Source of the DNA: a virus
Taxonomy: Duplodnaviria > Caudoviricetes
Virus record (IMG/VR): IMGVR_UViG_3300017965_000001
Span: 1-46,934 of that record
Length of the DNA: 46,934 nt
Strand: one strand, 5' to 3'
A program made the translations under genes and the position numbers. Within the stretch, counting starts at the first letter, position 1. Every line of letters begins with the position of its first letter. Below are positions 43,010 to 46,934 of this stretch, one piece after another. Below the pieces are notes generated by a model that searched no databases, was not told the DNA's origin, and worked only from the letters and a program-made list of their open reading frames with translations.

Positions 43010-43393
43010 TCACGGTGTGAGCAGGCTGAGGTCGCCATGCGCGTAGAGCAAGCGCTCGGGCGCGAGCGTGTTTGACAGCCACACGTCCCAATGCCAAGTG
43101 ATGGACAGTCCGGCGGGCGCTAGTGTCAGGGTGTCGGCCGGCGAGAGCGTGAGCAGCACGGCTGAATCTTCGACGGTGACCGCCCAACCGGCGAGCGGCG
43201 GCACGGGCCCATGCTTGCCCGAGAACGGGGCGGTGACGGTGTAGGGTGCCAGGTCAAACGCTGCGCCGTCTGCGGTGGTCGCGGTCAAGCGAAGGCCGAC
43301 CGATGCGCCGATGGCGACGCGAAGGATGACAGACGCTGGGTAGAGGTTGATGGTCGTGGTTGCGGGGCTCGTTTGCCAGCTTGGGCAGCTCAC
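43010..43393 (-). CDS. Small Ig-like tail accessory / adaptor protein
   Basis: FDL..Y, LTLSPADT..L, WDVWL..RLLY.G; directly after the fibre. Confidence 0.55.
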   Translation of the reverse strand: MSCPSWQTSPATTTINLYPASVILRVAIGASVGLRLTATTADGAAFDLAPYTVTAPFSGKHGPVPPLAGWAVTVEDSAVLLTLSPADTLTLAPAGLSITWHWDVWLSNTLAPERLLYAHGDLSLLTP

Positions 43394-43459
43394 GGCGGCA
43401 CCTCGTAGTTGCGTGTGTGGAGTGTTGTATGCGTCGCCGTCACGACCTTCCCCTTCGCG

Positions 43460-46400
43460 CTAACACATGACGATGGCAAGCATGCCGGGGTGGTTGGTCG
43501 AGCTGTCTGAGTTACCCGCCCACGTGTTAGTGCCGGCGCCGGTGCCACGCTCGAGCCACAGATAGGCCGTAACGCCGAGCGGTACGGTGCCGTTTAGCGC
43601 AGCGAATAGCTCGACGCGTCCGAGGGCCGAAAAGACTGACGGTGCCGTGCGGATGCCGTCTTGCGTGGTGTTGTTGACGCCGATGGCCACGGTTGCTTTG
43701 CCACCTGTGCCTGCGTCACTGCTCGAGACGGCGCTCGTGACGACGAGGTTTATACTGTCGGTCGCGGGTAGTCCGGCGATCGTGTCGATCTGACACTGCA
43801 CACTGCCGCCGGCTTGGCGGTACGAAGCCGTGTTGTATGTGTAGTCGCTGCCGGCCGAGCGGATAGACACGGCGACGGGCTTGCGATTGTCCACGTTCCA
43901 GATGTCGATGCCACCTGGCCCAATGGATCCGGCGCTACCCTGATCGGTCGCGAATCGCTTGATTTGGTAGGTCGTCGCGCTGCGCGGTCGCACTGTGCCG
44001 AGATAGCGGCGGGAGCTGTCGCCTGACTTTGTCCAGACGCCGTCGACCATCGTGAGCGCAGTAGCGCGAGCGCCGGGCGTTGCCGTTGTCCAGTTCACCA
44101 CTTCGAGCGCAACAACGCCGGCGGTCTGGTACGCGAAGACGTCGAACGGCAGACCCGCGGTGCGCCCCGTCACGGCATAGCTCACGGATGACGGCGTGTA
44201 GAGCCGCCAAGAAGCTGTCGGCGTGTCATACAAGGCCAACCGGTTGCCGCGCACGGCGGCAAGGTAAACGGTCGAAAACGTACCATCGCCTGGCACGCTG
44301 TCGTCAGCGGTCGGCGCGAGCCGGAATCCGTTCGTGGCTGGGTCGCTCGCGAGCTGGGTGAGCTGGAAAGCCTCTTGAATCTCCCATGTGCCTAAGTTGA
44401 CACAGTATGTCCATGTGATGCTGCCATCGCCGCTCGTGAACGCGAGGGACGTGGCCGCAGCTCGGGTGCCAAGCGGGTCGCGCAGCAGTTTAGGGGATGC
44501 TGATACGGTCCAAGTGAATGGCGTATTGGGGACGCATACAACGGTGATAGTGTCACCGTTACCGGGCGATGCCGGGAAGGTAACGCTGAGAGGTCCGGGC
44601 CCTTGCAGCACGGCGATCGATCCGGCGGTTGGCGAGGTCGGCGTAGGTGCTATCGCCCACGCGACACCTTCCCGCATGATGTCGAACTGGAATTTGTCCA
44701 GGGCCGCCATGAATCCGGCGAGTGAGCCGGTGGCCACGGCGTGGTTGGTCTGGTCGCTGTGAGAGCCGTGCGCGTGCACGTGGTTGTGACGAGCGGCAGT
44801 TGTGCCGACGCCTATCTCGTTTGCGGTGCCGACGGTATTGGGCGCGGTGCTCGACAAAGCGGCGGCGCCGCTCGCCATTGAGTCGAGTCGCACCTTGTCG
44901 GTGGCGGCAAAGAATCCATCCACCGATATCGACGCCAACCCCGGCATGGCGTGCACGTGGTCGGAGCGTGGGATGGTGACAGCGGCGCCGGCCGAGCTCG
45001 CGGCGCCGACGGTGAGCGCAGCGGGCGCGGAAGTCGCCGGCAGCGCGTGCACGTGGTCGCTAAGCGCGAGCGTTGCTGCGCTGCCGGGGGCGTTGGCGCC
45101 GGCGAGCGTGAGTGCAACAGGCGTGCCTGCGGATGGCATGGCGTGCTTGTGATCGGCGCGTGCGAGCGAGTTGCTCGTGCCGTCGGCGGCGGTGCCCGGA
45201 ACGGTGAGCGCCGCCGGCGATCCGGTGGTGACCTGGTGCCGATGGTCGACGCGCGATGCTGTCGTTGCAACGCCGCCGTTGCCAGTGCTGCCGTCGACAG
45301 CTAGCGGTTGTGTGCTCGCAACGGCCGCGGCACTTGTCGCGATGCCGTCCAATTTCGTCTTGTCGCTCCCGGTCATGAAGCCGGATGCACCGGCAGCGAT
45401 GACAGCGGCGTGCAGCGAGCCGCCGCCACGCGTCCCGTGCTGCGCGTCGGTGCCGAGCGCCGCGGTGTGTTGCGCCCAAGTCTGCAGCGTGGCGCCTAGG
45501 TTGATTGTGCCTAGCGTGGTGAGTTGCCACCATTGGCCCGCATGCGTACCCTCTGCGACGTACACAACCGAGCCGGTGACGAGCTCGCCGGTAGCGTCCG
45601 ACTCAGTCGAGCGCAACCACGTGCCGTCCGAGCCGGTGCCCACGACAGTCACGTAATAGATGCCGTGCCTCCACTCGCTCGACGCCGATGCATCTTTGTA
45701 GAGGATGCGATCCCCTACGGCGAGCGCGATACCGTCGATGGTATTCGGCTGCATGCCGGGGATCTGAATGTTTGGGATATTCGTGACGGACGCGACACGC
45801 ACGGAGGATTTGAAGCTTGCCGAGAGAGAGTCGAGTCGCGCCTTGTCCGCGGCCGCCATGAAGCCGGCGACGCTCGTTGTCGCAGCCGCGTGCAGCGTGC
45901 CGTCGGTCTGCGCGGCGTGAGCGTGCACGTGGTCGCTTCGAGCGGCGGTCGTACCGACGCCGACAGCTGCGGTCGTTCCGACGTTTGCCGGGGCCGTGCC
46001 GGTGAGCGCAGCCGCGCTCGCGGCGACGCCGTCGAGCTTCGTCTTGTCGAGCCCGGTCATGAAACCGGATGCCCCACCGGCGATAACCGCGGCGTGCGTA
46101 GTGCCGCCGGCGCGCGCGCCGTGCTGCGCATCGGTCGCAATCACGCCGAGCTGCAGGCTGTCAGCGGTGACGACAATCGAGCCGTCGCCGTGCACTGCCA
46201 CGTCGAGCACGTTGCCCGTCTTCGTCAACGCAGCGCCGGCGGTGATTTGCCCGGCGCCGGAGACCTGCGTGAACACGAGGGGCGTTGTGCCGAGAATGAT
46301 GGGGTCGTTGGTGGTGAGCGCCCAACCGCTGTCGGCGTTCGCGGTGCCCTCCGTGATGTACGTATAGAGACCGGACGTGACTTCGGCCGATACGTCGGCG

Positions 46401-46811
46401 TCTGTTGTGCGAAGCCATGTGCCAGAACTGGTTAGGTAGATGCCATTGGATGCGGCGACAGCTTGGGCGGTGACGAGCACACGCTCGCCGGGCGCTGTCG
46501 TGAATCCGTCGACAGTCTGAGTCCCTGATAGGGCAGGCAGGTTTGAGGTGGCGACAAGCCTGCACGACGCCTTGATGTCGAGCCCCGATGCAATGGCGTC
46601 TACGTACGCTTTAGTCGCAACCTCTTGAGCTGCCGTCGGGTCGGCGACACCCGTTAGCTTCTGCGCATTGAAACTTACCGGCGAGCTCGCAGCGGCAAGC
46701 GCGGTCTGGACACGCGCAAAAGACGTGACTTGCGCGCCGGTCTCGACGCCGTCGAGCTTGGTCTTGTCTGCAGCCGAAGCGAAGCCGTCGACGCCGGTCG
46801 TCACGAGCCCC
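43460..46811 (-). CDS. 3' part of the giant tail fibre-like protein (joined to 1..2147)
   Basis: Continuous frame; ATKAYVD, two more GxR(V/I)L..GIY..W.R domains, DHxH repeats, unique C-terminal domain. Confidence 0.85.
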
Positions 46812-46934
46812 GGCATGGCGTGCGTGTGGTCGCTGCGGACAAGCGACGTTGCCGAGCCTTGCGCGTTGGCGCCGCCGACCGTGAGCGCGACGGGCGTGCC
46901 GATGCTCACGGTGTGCCGATGGTCGTGCCGCGCA
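46812..46934. repeat. Terminal direct repeat, copy 2
   Basis: Identical to 1-123. Confidence 0.95.

Overview
The window is a complete, circularly assembled, GC-rich tailed-phage genome of 46,811 bp (bases 1-123 are repeated exactly at 46812-46934). The minus strand carries a contractile-tail morphogenesis module: terminases, portal, MuF, DUF2213 protease, capsid, neck, sheath, tube, tape measure, baseplate, a ~1830-aa fibre spanning the contig junction, and collagen-like accessory proteins. It also carries a lambdoid-type lytic replication block (cro-like HTH, initiator with internal repeats, DnaC-like loader, RuvC-like nuclease). I recognise no integrase and no lysis genes. Instead, 31.5-38.5 kb holds a plasmid-maintenance kit: a TrfA-like initiator followed by a DnaA box and 22-bp iterons, a ParDE toxin-antitoxin pair, a XerCD dif-like site, and ParA with a ribbon-helix-helix partner. 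This points to a phage-plasmid. The most unusual signals are: (1) eight intergenic arrays of an 8-bp repeat (RTGCACCG) spread around the genome; (2) a C5 methyltransferase with a second subunit overprinted in another frame; (3) a MuF protein fused to a P-loop domain and a ParB-like domain; (4) a repeated promoter placed 5 nt from start codons. All family assignments come from motif recognition and synteny by eye; no searches were run and the host is unknown.
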